DNA from: an uncultured Salaquimonas sp.
GTDB lineage: Bacteria; Pseudomonadota; Alphaproteobacteria; Rhizobiales; Rhizobiaceae
Assembly: GCA_964541115.1 (NCBI GenBank)
Contig: CAZIPH010000012.1
Location: forward strand, 5,588-69,587
Length of the DNA stretch: 64,000 nt
Direction: 5' to 3'
Below the pieces are notes generated by a model. The model made no database searches and was not told the origin of the DNA. It saw only the letters and a list, made by a program, of their open reading frames with translations. Both the position numbers and the translations under genes were made by a program. Shown one piece after another: positions 49,431 to 58,092 of this stretch (position 1 is the stretch's first letter; each line of letters opens with the position of its first letter).

Positions 49431-51224
49431 TTACCAGGATATATCAGCAGCGGGTTTGCCGAATTTGTGACCCTGCTGGTAGTCTACATTCCACGCGTTG
49501 AGTATTTCTGCGGTAAGGTCATCCTCGACCCATTCGACAACCGTCTCGATATTGAATACGCGCGTCAATTCGATCAGCGCCTTGATGAAGGCCTGGTTCT
49601 CGATACTGTCGACAAGATTGACTGCGAATGACCCGTCGATCTTGACGATATCGACAGGCAGTTGCTTCAAATTGGCAAAAGAGGTGAATCCGGCACCAAA
49701 ATCATCGATTGCAATCCGGCAGCCCAATGTACGTATGTTTTCAAGAAACCGACTTGTCTCAGCCAGCTGGGTAATGGCCATGGATTCAGTGATTTCAACG
49801 ATAAGGCGCTCCGGACCTCCCGGAATTGCAGTGATCCCGCTTACCAGGCTGGACAGCCATTCAGGATCAAGCACCGTGTCATGGCTGACATTGACGGACA
49901 GGACCGCATTTTCATGGGTAGCGAGGGTTTTGAGAACCAGTTCCAGTGCATGCTTGTCGACAATGCGCACAAGGCCGAGTTCCTCAACCACCCTGATGAA
50001 ATCACCTGCCTCGTGAACCACGCCGTCCTTTCCCACCATGCGAACCAGTGCCTCATGAAAGGCGACGCTCTCATCCTTTCGGCATACGGGCTGGAAAGCG
50101 AGTTCGATCCTGCCCTCCTCGACTGCCTCGATCACCGCTGTTGAAAATTCCGCCTTGTAGCGGGCTTCAGCGACCATTTCGGCAGAGTGACTGTGGACGC
50201 ATACCCGTCTTGCCGGTTCCATGCGTGCGTTGCGGGTCGCCCGGAACGCCGCATGAATTGCCGCATGGGGAGTTTCGGCGTGATGCGGCAGAAAGCAGGC
50301 GCCAATGACGCCGGACACCGCAACAAATCCGTTGGGCGTCCTGATTACATCCTTCGAGATTGCCGAGAGAATGCGCTCACCGGCATCGAAGATTTCCGCT
50401 GGCGGGCAATCCTTCAGGATCAGACCAAACTTGGCACCGGAGAACCTGCAGACAATGTCGTCGGCGCGCAGCTTCGAAGCGATGATTTCCCCCAGCTTGC
50501 GCAGGATCAGGTCGCCCGTTTCGAAACCATGGACATCATTGATGAGATCCATTCGATCAATGCTGAGTATGAGGAAACTGGAAACCTGGCCCGACTGCCT
50601 CGCATGGGTGATGATCCGTTCCAGATGGCGTTCCATGCAGCGGCGGTTGGGCAGGCCGGTAAGGTCATCAAAATCGGACTGGCGCCGTAAATCCTCTTCG
50701 CGTTTGCGGCGCTCATTGATGATGCGAATACTGCCTTCGGCACGAACGGGCTTGCCATCAGCCCCCGCAAACCAGCAGCCGGTATCCTCGATCCACAGGG
50801 GCGGAGCAGAAGAGTCGGGATCGGGATGCAGCAGATAGACGCACTGATAGGGGACTTTGCAGCCGGGTTCTGCCGATCCGTCCCGACTTGCAGAAAGGAT
50901 GGTTCCGAAGCGGGTTTCGCGGCTTTGCGAACCCAGCATTTTTTCAAAGCTCCTGCCCTTGAGGTGACGAGTTTCGCCCTCGCTCAAACCGGTCTGGCGG
51001 CAGAAATTCCGGCTCCATTCAATGGTATCGGAGGCGATATCCCAAATATAGAAAGCCTGGCCGGTAAGATCGACGATCTCCTCGGTCGCGTCGGCCAGTC
51101 TTGCCATCCGTCCGCGCATGCGGTCGGATTCGGTCACGTTGTTTAATTCGCCATCCTGGTGGATAGCGGGATTGCCCGCAGAAATACGATTCATGTCAGC
51201 CCTCATGAGGGACCATTCTGGCAA
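49431..51224 (-). CDS. PAS - degenerate GGDEF - EAL signalling protein (likely c-di-GMP phosphodiesterase)
   Basis: The GGDEF position reads SGAKF (in RADDIVCRFSGAKF), with an RxxD I-site retained. The EAL domain has EALVR, DDFGAG, KIDGSF and EWVE motifs. PAS-like N-terminal region. Confidence 0.9.
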   Translation of the reverse strand: MPEWSLMRADMNRISAGNPAIHQDGELNNVTESDRMRGRMARLADATEEIVDLTGQAFYIWDIASDTIEWSRNFCRQTGLSEGETRHLKGRSFEKMLGSQSRETRFGTILSASRDGSAEPGCKVPYQCVYLLHPDPDSSAPPLWIEDTGCWFAGADGKPVRAEGSIRIINERRKREEDLRRQSDFDDLTGLPNRRCMERHLERIITHARQSGQVSSFLILSIDRMDLINDVHGFETGDLILRKLGEIIASKLRADDIVCRFSGAKFGLILKDCPPAEIFDAGERILSAISKDVIRTPNGFVAVSGVIGACFLPHHAETPHAAIHAAFRATRNARMEPARRVCVHSHSAEMVAEARYKAEFSTAVIEAVEEGRIELAFQPVCRKDESVAFHEALVRMVGKDGVVHEAGDFIRVVEELGLVRIVDKHALELVLKTLATHENAVLSVNVSHDTVLDPEWLSSLVSGITAIPGGPERLIVEITESMAITQLAETSRFLENIRTLGCRIAIDDFGAGFTSFANLKQLPVDIVKIDGSFAVNLVDSIENQAFIKALIELTRVFNIETVVEWVEDDLTAEILNAWNVDYQQGHKFGKPAADISW

Positions 51225-51294
51225 GAATTGCTTAACATTCTGCGAACCTGACGCAGCGGGAGGCCTTTTTGGTCACCCGAACCGGACCGCAAAC

Positions 51295-52878
51295 TCAGTA
51301 TCCTGCCGCGTGTCCGTCCTTCCTTGGATCTGAGCCGGCCACCAGCATATTGCTCTCGCGGTCGATGAGAATGATCTGTCCGCCGCCATGCAGTCCGCCA
51401 CGATCGACCTGGTGGCCCATTTTGCGAAGCTTTTCAACGACTGCATGCGAAATGCCTGATTCAGCCTGCAGCCTGCCGTCCCCATCCCAGAAGAGGCGCG
51501 GGAAGTCGAGTGCCTGTTGCGGGTCCATGCCGTATTTCAGCATGTTCACCAGAACATGGGCATGGCCCATTGGCTGATAGGCCCCGCCCATGACCCCAAA
51601 ACAGATCGATACCCTGCCATCGCGAACGGCCATGGCAGGAATGATCGTGTGAAGAGGCCGCTTGCCCGGTGCAATCACATTGGGATGGCCTGCTTCAAGG
51701 GAAAAACAGCTGCCGCGATTCTGCAGCGCTATGGCGGATTTGGGTGTGACGATACCGGTTCCGAAAATGCCATAGACCGAATTGATGAATGAAACCGCCA
51801 TACCCTGCTGGTCCACAACGGACAGATAGATCGTGTCGGCGTCAGGCAGGTCGGGCAATTGAAGCTGGTCGTTGCGCCTGTCCGGATCATACTGCCCAAG
51901 CAGTGCTGTCGTGGTCGCATCGCTCAACATGTCTTCAACCCTCGACTGAAGGTGTTCAAGATCAGACACATGGCAATCGCGCATTGCATAGGCAATGCGG
52001 CCGAACTCAATCAGTTCGTGATAATGCGCCGCTGAACCGGCTTCTGCTTTCGAGCCATTGCTGGTCAGAAGATTCAGCATAATAAGGGCAGTAATGCCCT
52101 GACCATTGGGCGGGATTTCGAGAATTTCATGGCCCATGAACGGGGTAGAGATGGGATCGAGCCAGTCGGCGCTGCAGGAGGCAAGGTCCGATTCGGTTAC
52201 GAAACCACCTTTTGACAGGATGGTCTGCGAGATTTCAGCAGCAATCTCGCCGGTATAGACGGCGGATGCTCCCTCACGGGCAATGCGTTCCAGCGTGGCG
52301 GCGAGGGCGGGAAACACAATGCGCCTGCCAGCCTGCGGCGGCATACCGTCGAACAGCAAATGAAGGCGTGCGCCCTCGTCGTTGTTGAGCTTTTCAGTCT
52401 GGGTCTGCCAATCCCTGGCAACGCGTGGGGCAACGGGGAAGCCGGATACTGCGTAATCCACCGCCTCTGCAAACAGCCTCGCCCAGTCCATCGAACCCAG
52501 CTTCCGGTGCAAGGTTTCCCAGGCCCTTACGGCTCCAGGAACGGTTATAGCCTCGCCGGAAGTGTCTGAAATACCCGCAGCAGTGCGACCGGCAAAATGA
52601 TCCAGCGTTGCTTTCGAACCGGCGCGGCCAGACCCGTTCAGCGCATGGGTGGTTCCGTCCGCCTCGCAAATGATCGCAAAACAGTCGCCGCCAATTCCGG
52701 TCATGTGAGGCTCGACCACACAAAGGGTTGCGGAAGCGGCGATTGCGGCATCGACCGCATTTCCGCCATCGCGCAGGACCTGCAATGCAGTCGCTGTGGC
52801 CAGCGGGTGCGAAGTCGAAACAGCGGCATTGGGTGCATAAACCGGAGATCGGCCGGGAAGATCAAATTGCCTTGGCAT
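51295..52878 (-). CDS. ggt: Gamma-glutamyltransferase family protein (no signal peptide)
   Basis: 527 aa. Autoprocessing/catalytic Thr context DADTIYLSVVD and C-terminal GGxQ-type block. The N-terminus lacks a secretion signal. Confidence 0.88.
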   Translation of the reverse strand: MPRQFDLPGRSPVYAPNAAVSTSHPLATATALQVLRDGGNAVDAAIAASATLCVVEPHMTGIGGDCFAIICEADGTTHALNGSGRAGSKATLDHFAGRTAAGISDTSGEAITVPGAVRAWETLHRKLGSMDWARLFAEAVDYAVSGFPVAPRVARDWQTQTEKLNNDEGARLHLLFDGMPPQAGRRIVFPALAATLERIAREGASAVYTGEIAAEISQTILSKGGFVTESDLASCSADWLDPISTPFMGHEILEIPPNGQGITALIMLNLLTSNGSKAEAGSAAHYHELIEFGRIAYAMRDCHVSDLEHLQSRVEDMLSDATTTALLGQYDPDRRNDQLQLPDLPDADTIYLSVVDQQGMAVSFINSVYGIFGTGIVTPKSAIALQNRGSCFSLEAGHPNVIAPGKRPLHTIIPAMAVRDGRVSICFGVMGGAYQPMGHAHVLVNMLKYGMDPQQALDFPRLFWDGDGRLQAESGISHAVVEKLRKMGHQVDRGGLHGGGQIILIDRESNMLVAGSDPRKDGHAAGY

Positions 52879-52986
52879 TCGTGAGAGCCTTCTTTTTTAC
52901 GGCTGTTTGCAAGATGCACTCTTGCGTTGACTGGGGGAGCACTGTTTGGTGACTCATGCGCGCAACTTTTTCCGAGGGGGAATCAA

Positions 52987-53418
52987 ATGTCCAGCGTTAC
53001 ACTGTCCCGGGCCAACAAAATAATTCGTGTTGCCTTTGCCACGGCACAGGAGAAGGGCCTCAAGCCGCTCGCCATTTGCGTTTACGATGCGGGCGGGAAC
53101 CTGAAGGCTTTCCAGGCGCAGGATGGGACCTCGATCGGGCGGTTTGCCATTGCCGGCGGCAAGGCTCGCGGGGCGTTGGCGGTCGGTGCCGGTTCGCGAT
53201 GGTTGCACAAGCAGGCGGAAAGCCGGCCGCATTTCGTAGCCGGTGTGAGTTCAGTGATCGAGGGCGGCGTAATTCCCGGCCCCGGCGGAGTTATTGCCCG
53301 CGACAAGTCAGGCCGGATCATCGCGGCAGTGGGCGTATCAGGCGATACGGCCGACAATGACGAAATGGTGGCAGTTGCCGGGATCGAGTCTTGCGGCCTT
53401 GCAGCCGATATCGGCTGA
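52987..53418 (+). CDS. GlcG/HbpS-like (DUF336) haem-binding family protein
   Basis: Start at ATG 52987 after a GAGGGGGA RBS. IEGGVIPGPGGV and IIAAVGVSGDTADNDE motifs typical of DUF336. Confidence 0.75.
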   Translation: MSSVTLSRANKIIRVAFATAQEKGLKPLAICVYDAGGNLKAFQAQDGTSIGRFAIAGGKARGALAVGAGSRWLHKQAESRPHFVAGVSSVIEGGVIPGPGGVIARDKSGRIIAAVGVSGDTADNDEMVAVAGIESCGLAADIG

Positions 53419-53425
53419 TCTCCCG

Positions 53426-53848
53426 TCAGTAATTGCCGCCGCCGCCAACAGATACATCGCGGGTAGCAGAGCGGATCGAGACCGAAAAGCCGGCGATTAC
53501 ATCAACAAAGGTTATAACCATCAGGATGAAAAAAACCGCATGGGCTGCGGAGGGCACGACGAGAAACTCGACCAGGAATGCAATGAAGACAAGGGTCGAG
53601 AGAAGGTGATCAATAATCGAGGATGAGCCGATCCTGGTCGATTTCATGATCTCCACAAACAGAAGCAGCAAGGCAAAGGTAATAAGCAATTCGCCAAGCG
53701 TCATGGCCCAGGTCGCTCCCGATAGCATCCCCAGCGAGAAAATCTCGTTCTGCCAGATATCTGTTCCGCCACCCGTGGCAGTAATGCTGAGAGCGAGGAT
53801 GTTGTAGACGATGAACGGAATTATCATCAGGGGAATGTTGGCGAGCAT
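53426..53848 (-). CDS. Small integral membrane protein (4 TM), function unknown
   Basis: 140-aa ORF made almost entirely of hydrophobic helices. No motif I recognise. Confidence 0.55.
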   Translation of the reverse strand: MLANIPLMIIPFIVYNILALSITATGGGTDIWQNEIFSLGMLSGATWAMTLGELLITFALLLLFVEIMKSTRIGSSSIIDHLLSTLVFIAFLVEFLVVPSAAHAVFFILMVITFVDVIAGFSVSIRSATRDVSVGGGGNY

Positions 53849-53941
53849 GACGGGCTCCTTGCGGGCGGATGTTGTTGCTGCGCGAGTCTATACCGCAAAG
53901 ACAGCCAATGGGAACTGTCTTCAAACCTGAAATCGGGCAAT

Positions 53942-53970
53942 AAAAAAGGCCGGAAGAACCGGCCTCTTTT
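53942..53970 (-). terminator. Intrinsic (bidirectional-looking) terminator after rpmF
   Basis: GGCCGG-AAGAA-CCGGCC stem-loop flanked by A6 on one side and T4 on the other. On the minus strand it is followed by TTTTTT, about 70 nt past the rpmF stop. Confidence 0.75.
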
Positions 53971-54038
53971 ATTGCCTGTATATCTGAACCAAATTCACTG
54001 TATCAGCGCCGGCCCTGGCCAGCCCTTCAGTCCGGGCC

Positions 54039-54224
54039 TCAGATAGCGTCTTTTGGTTCGAGGATCTGGCGGCCGCGATACATGCCTGTCTTCAGGTCGA
54101 TGTGGTGCGGGCGGCGCAGTTCACCTGAATCCTTGTCTTCGACATAGGCAGGTTTTTTCAGTGCGTCGGCTGAACGGCGCATGCCGCGCTTGGACTTGGA
54201 AATCTTGCTCTTTGGTACAGCCAT
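54039..54224 (-). CDS. rpmF: 50S ribosomal protein L32 (bL32)
   Basis: [18 protein letters not shown]... from ATG 54224 after a GGAG RBS, 61 aa. The track ORF is 5'-overextended. Confidence 0.93.
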   Translation of the reverse strand: MAVPKSKISKSKRGMRRSADALKKPAYVEDKDSGELRRPHHIDLKTGMYRGRQILEPKDAI

Positions 54225-54245
54225 TTTATCTGCTCCATCATAACG

Positions 54246-54297
54246 AAAAAGGCCCCGCCAGCGATCCATCAGCCGGATCGGCTGATCGGGGGAGGCC
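54246..54297 (-). promoter_or_regulatory. Terminator-like compound hairpin plus U-tract in the rpmF leader
   Basis: Minus strand reads GGCCTCCCCCG-ATCAGCC-GATCC-GGCTGAT-GGATCGCTGGCGGGGCC-TTTTT, ending about 21 nt before the rpmF ATG. There is no room for a promoter between it and the start codon. Confidence 0.4.
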
Positions 54298-54414
54298 TCA
54301 AATATCTTGGGTTGGCGCGGCTTATACAATCGAATTGCCTGTTTGACCAGTGGCAGGCGGCACTTTTTTGTCTGCTCACCCGCAGGGCCGTTCGGGCCTG
54401 CGGCGTGCGGCAGT

Positions 54415-55197
54415 TTACCAACCCGGTACCTTTAGGCAGCGCACATAGGAGCCCGATCTGGCGGACAGGCGTTCAATGCGATTTGCGAGCCGGTTCAGGG
54501 AAGCCGACGGCTTGTTGGGGGTACGTTCCACAGGGCTGGGCAGGGTCACCGCGAGCAAGGAGGCCTGGCGACGCGTCAGCTGCGAGGCGGATTTGCCGAA
54601 ATAATGTTGGCTCGCAGCCTCGATGCCGAACACGCCGTCATCCCATTCGACGATATTGAGATAAATCTCCATCATCCGGTGCTTTGTCCAGATCCAGTCG
54701 GCGAACATCGCATAAGGAATTTCAAGACCCTTGCGAATTATGGAGCGCTGCGGCCAGAAGAACAGGTTCTTCATGGTCTGCATGGGTAATGTACTGGCAC
54801 CGCGCGGTTTTTCCCCGTCAAGGGCCTCGTTGACCACAAGGTTTATGGCGGCCCAGTCAACGCCACGGTGAAAGCAGAACTGGCCGTCCTCGGACATTAC
54901 CACGGCCTGTGGAACAACTTCGGCCACTTCATCAAGACTGATCCAGCGGCGGTCCACGGGTTGACCAGTCAGGTTGCGGGCGAGCATGATTGTGGAAGCA
55001 GGCTGGGTGCCGGGAATAGCGTAGATCAGCATGAAAAGGACGGGCAGGATTGCCACGATAAAGGCAGTGCCGAAAATGCCGCGCACAAAACGGTTGGCAA
55101 GAAAGGCGCGGCTTCGCCGAAAGCGTCTGTTCGCGCTGGTTGCCATTTTTGAAGATGCCCGACCTGGTGACCCCGATACTACCGCGGCTATTATCAC
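54415..55197 (-). CDS. mtgA: Monofunctional biosynthetic peptidoglycan transglycosylase
   Basis: N-terminal TM anchor and GT51 motif [16 protein letters not shown]. About 240-260 aa. Confidence 0.9.
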   Translation of the reverse strand: MIIAAVVSGSPGRASSKMATSANRRFRRSRAFLANRFVRGIFGTAFIVAILPVLFMLIYAIPGTQPASTIMLARNLTGQPVDRRWISLDEVAEVVPQAVVMSEDGQFCFHRGVDWAAINLVVNEALDGEKPRGASTLPMQTMKNLFFWPQRSIIRKGLEIPYAMFADWIWTKHRMMEIYLNIVEWDDGVFGIEAASQHYFGKSASQLTRRQASLLAVTLPSPVERTPNKPSASLNRLANRIERLSARSGSYVRCLKVPGW

Positions 55198-55335
55198 AGC
55201 CGGACAAAATCACAAATTACCTTGCGCCGATCACGCTTGACCGAGGCCCAATCGGCTGCGATGAGAAACGCCGGTAAACCGGGTAATGGACCTGACGGCG
55301 GGTCTGTCTTTGGGCAGATATCTGGAAATGAGGGC

Positions 55336-56238
55336 ATGAGCACATTTGAAAACCGCCTGTTCGAAGTGGCAATCGCAGTTGGCACTGCGCTTGAGGCAGA
55401 GTTGGCGGATCGATTGCTGAGCGGAGAGATTGCCCGGCCGCAGCGCCTGCTGGCAGCAATGCGCCATGGCGCCCTGAATGGCGGCAAGCGCTTGCGCCCT
55501 TTTCTGGTAGTCGAGAGCGCGGGATTGTTCGGCGTCGAAATGGCCGACGCCATGCGTACGGCGCTCGCCCTTGAATGCGTCCATTGCTATTCGCTCATTC
55601 ACGATGATCTGCCGGCGATGGATGATGATGATCTCAGGCGCGGCCAGCCGACCGTTCATGTTGCCTATGACGAGGCAACAGCCATTCTTGCCGGCGACAG
55701 TCTGCTGACCTTCGGTTTCGACCTGCTGGCTGATCAGGCTACCCATGGCAACCCGGCGGTGCGGGCCGAACTCGTTCTGCAACTGGCCCGCGCAGCCGGT
55801 GCCGGTGGCATGGCAGGCGGCCAGATGCTTGATTTGCAGGCAGAAAAAACCCCTACCGATGAAGCGGGTATTCGACTGCTGCAATCCATGAAGACCGGCG
55901 CGCTGATCCGGTATGCCTGCGAAGCAGGTGCGATCCTGGGTGGTGCCAGCGATGATGAGCAGGCGAGGCTGCGTCTTTTTGGTGAGAGGATCGGGGCGGC
56001 GTTCCAGCTCGCTGACGATATTCTCGATGTGACGGCCAGCGCAGAGCAAATGGGGAAGAAGGTTGCCAAGGACGCGAATGCAGGCAAGGGTACATTGGTG
56101 TCACTCCACGGTGTGGAGCGGGCAAGGAAGATGGCTGCGGAACTGGTTATTGAAGCCGAGACATTGCTCTCGCCGTTCGGCGAGAAGGCAGCCACGCTGA
56201 GAGAATGCGCGCACTATATCGTTGAACGGGGGAAGTGA
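55336..56238 (+). CDS. ispA: Farnesyl diphosphate synthase (polyprenyl synthetase family)
   Basis: First and second Asp-rich motifs DDLPAMDDDDLRRG and DDILD. Start at ATG 55336 (MSTFENRL...). Confidence 0.9.
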   Translation: MSTFENRLFEVAIAVGTALEAELADRLLSGEIARPQRLLAAMRHGALNGGKRLRPFLVVESAGLFGVEMADAMRTALALECVHCYSLIHDDLPAMDDDDLRRGQPTVHVAYDEATAILAGDSLLTFGFDLLADQATHGNPAVRAELVLQLARAAGAGGMAGGQMLDLQAEKTPTDEAGIRLLQSMKTGALIRYACEAGAILGGASDDEQARLRLFGERIGAAFQLADDILDVTASAEQMGKKVAKDANAGKGTLVSLHGVERARKMAAELVIEAETLLSPFGEKAATLRECAHYIVERGK

Positions 56239-56299
56239 GCCGTATTGTGAACAAGATGGCAAGCGCAGATGGCGGGCAGCCACTTTTGGGAGTTGAATA

Positions 56300-56986
56300 A
56301 TGAGAATCCTTCCTGTTATCACATTGCTGTTTCTGCCCCTGATGTTTCCAGTGGCGGCCAATGCCCAGGTCCCGCCCTCACAATCTGAAATCGAAAACTA
56401 TACCGGTCTTCACCGGGTCGGCCATGAAGGCGATGTTGGCGCCATCAAGCGGCTTGTGGCGGAGGGTGCCGATCTTGAAGCGCGTGACGGAAATGGCCGC
56501 ACTCCGGTTCACGTGGCAGCCTTTGCCTCCAATGATGATGCATTGCGGGCGCTTGCCGAAGCCGGTGCAGACATGAACGCGCTCGACAACCAGATTTATG
56601 ATGCCGTGACGATTGCTGCAGTTGCCGACGATCCGCAGCTGGTGGAATTGGCAATCAGCCTTGGTAACCGGGCTGACCTCGTCACCAGTATTTATGACGG
56701 GACGGCGCTCATCGCAGCCGCCCATCTTGGGCATCACGAAGTGGTGGGCAAGCTCATCGAGGGCGGGGCGCCGCTTGATCATGTGAACAACCTTGGATGG
56801 ACCGCGCTGATAGAGGCTGTCATCCTTGGTGATGGTGGTCCGGACCATGTCGCCACCGTAAAGCGGCTGGTCGAGGCGGGCGCGGACAGGAGCATTGGTG
56901 ACAGGGACGGGGTGACGCCCCTGCAACATGCAGAGGCGCGCGGCTTTACGGAGATTGCCGAATTGATCCGATCAGGGGCAAAGTGA
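56300..56986 (+). CDS. Secreted ankyrin-repeat protein
   Basis: Signal peptide MRILPVITLLFLPLMFPVAANA, then at least 4 ANK repeats (GRTPVHVAAF, GTALIAAAHLGH, GWTALIEAV, GVTPLQHAEARG). Confidence 0.85.
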   Translation: MRILPVITLLFLPLMFPVAANAQVPPSQSEIENYTGLHRVGHEGDVGAIKRLVAEGADLEARDGNGRTPVHVAAFASNDDALRALAEAGADMNALDNQIYDAVTIAAVADDPQLVELAISLGNRADLVTSIYDGTALIAAAHLGHHEVVGKLIEGGAPLDHVNNLGWTALIEAVILGDGGPDHVATVKRLVEAGADRSIGDRDGVTPLQHAEARGFTEIAELIRSGAK

Positions 56987-57011
56987 CCGGTCTTGATGTC
57001 CGTGCGCCGGC

Positions 57012-57899
57012 TCAACTGCTCCAGGTCGCCAGCTTGCGTCGCATTTCCTCGACGATCGCATCCGAAACGATCCGGATTCGTTCAAGGCGGGCATAGTCCT
57101 CATGTACGATGAAGTAGAATGACCGCGTGAAGTTGATCTTTTCGGGCAAAACCTTCGTCAGTTGCGGATATTGCATCGCCATGAAGTCATGCAGGATGCA
57201 GACCCCGCCATCGCGCAAGGTAGCCTCGAGCTGGACGTTGACGCTGGTCGAGGTCAGGTGCGGGCGGATATCCGGCCCGACAAGCGGGATATAATCCAGT
57301 TCCTTGTCATAGATCAGGTCAGGCACATAGGCGATACCGCGCAGCTTCTTGAGATCCTCGACCTTTTCGACAGGCGGGTGGCTGTCGAGATAGGCTTCGG
57401 TTCCATAAAGATGCAGCGTGTAGTCGGCGATCTTGCGGTATTTGAGCCGCCCGGAAGTTGGCGCCGAAACCGCTATGGCTATGTCGGCCTCGCGCTTTGA
57501 CAGCGAGAAGGTGCGGGGCAGGGCAACGATCTGCAGTTCCAGTTTGGGATGCTGCTTGCACAATTCGATTGCGATATCGGTCAGGACATAGGAGGCGACG
57601 CCCTCGGGAGCGCCGACACGGACAATGCCTGAAATGATCTGGTCCTGCCCGCCGATCTCGGCCTGTGCATGGATGGCACTGGTTTCCATCGCCTCGGCAA
57701 TATCCACCAGACGCTGACCTGCATCGGTAAGGCGATAGCCCTGTGGCGAGCGGTCGAACAGATTGATCTTCAACGAGTTCTCCAGAGCCTTTATGCGGCG
57801 GCCGACCGTGGCATGATCGACGCCAAGTTGCTGGCCTGCACGCGAGAGGCGCCCGGTTCTGGCGACAGAAAGGAAGTATCGGTAATCGTCCCAATTCAT
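57012..57899 (-). CDS. LysR-family transcriptional regulator (divergent from mmsA operon)
   Basis: HTH YFLSVARTGRLSRAGQQLGVDHATVGRRIKALE. Start at ATG 57899 (MNWDDYRYF...). Confidence 0.9.
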   Translation of the reverse strand: MNWDDYRYFLSVARTGRLSRAGQQLGVDHATVGRRIKALENSLKINLFDRSPQGYRLTDAGQRLVDIAEAMETSAIHAQAEIGGQDQIISGIVRVGAPEGVASYVLTDIAIELCKQHPKLELQIVALPRTFSLSKREADIAIAVSAPTSGRLKYRKIADYTLHLYGTEAYLDSHPPVEKVEDLKKLRGIAYVPDLIYDKELDYIPLVGPDIRPHLTSTSVNVQLEATLRDGGVCILHDFMAMQYPQLTKVLPEKINFTRSFYFIVHEDYARLERIRIVSDAIVEEMRRKLATWSS

Positions 57900-57964
57900 T
57901 GCTTGTCTTTTCCGCCAAATGATAGAAACCTGAGGCAAGGGCCGGCATGGCTGGTTAGCCCGGG

Positions 57965-57980
57965 TGTGCATCAATGCACA
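57965..57980. promoter_or_regulatory. Inverted repeat TGTGCAT-N2-ATGCACA, candidate LysR operator
   Basis: Located in the LysR/mmsA divergent region, about 65 bp upstream of the LysR ATG and about 110 bp upstream of mmsA. Confidence 0.35.
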
Positions 57981-58092
57981 ATGACCAGGAATTTTAAACT
58001 GTTGTATCGCTATTTTTGAAGCATTAAAATTACACCAGAAAAATTCAGTGTGAATTCGCGGTCAAGTCCCGGAATTCAGGAGGAGAAGTTCC

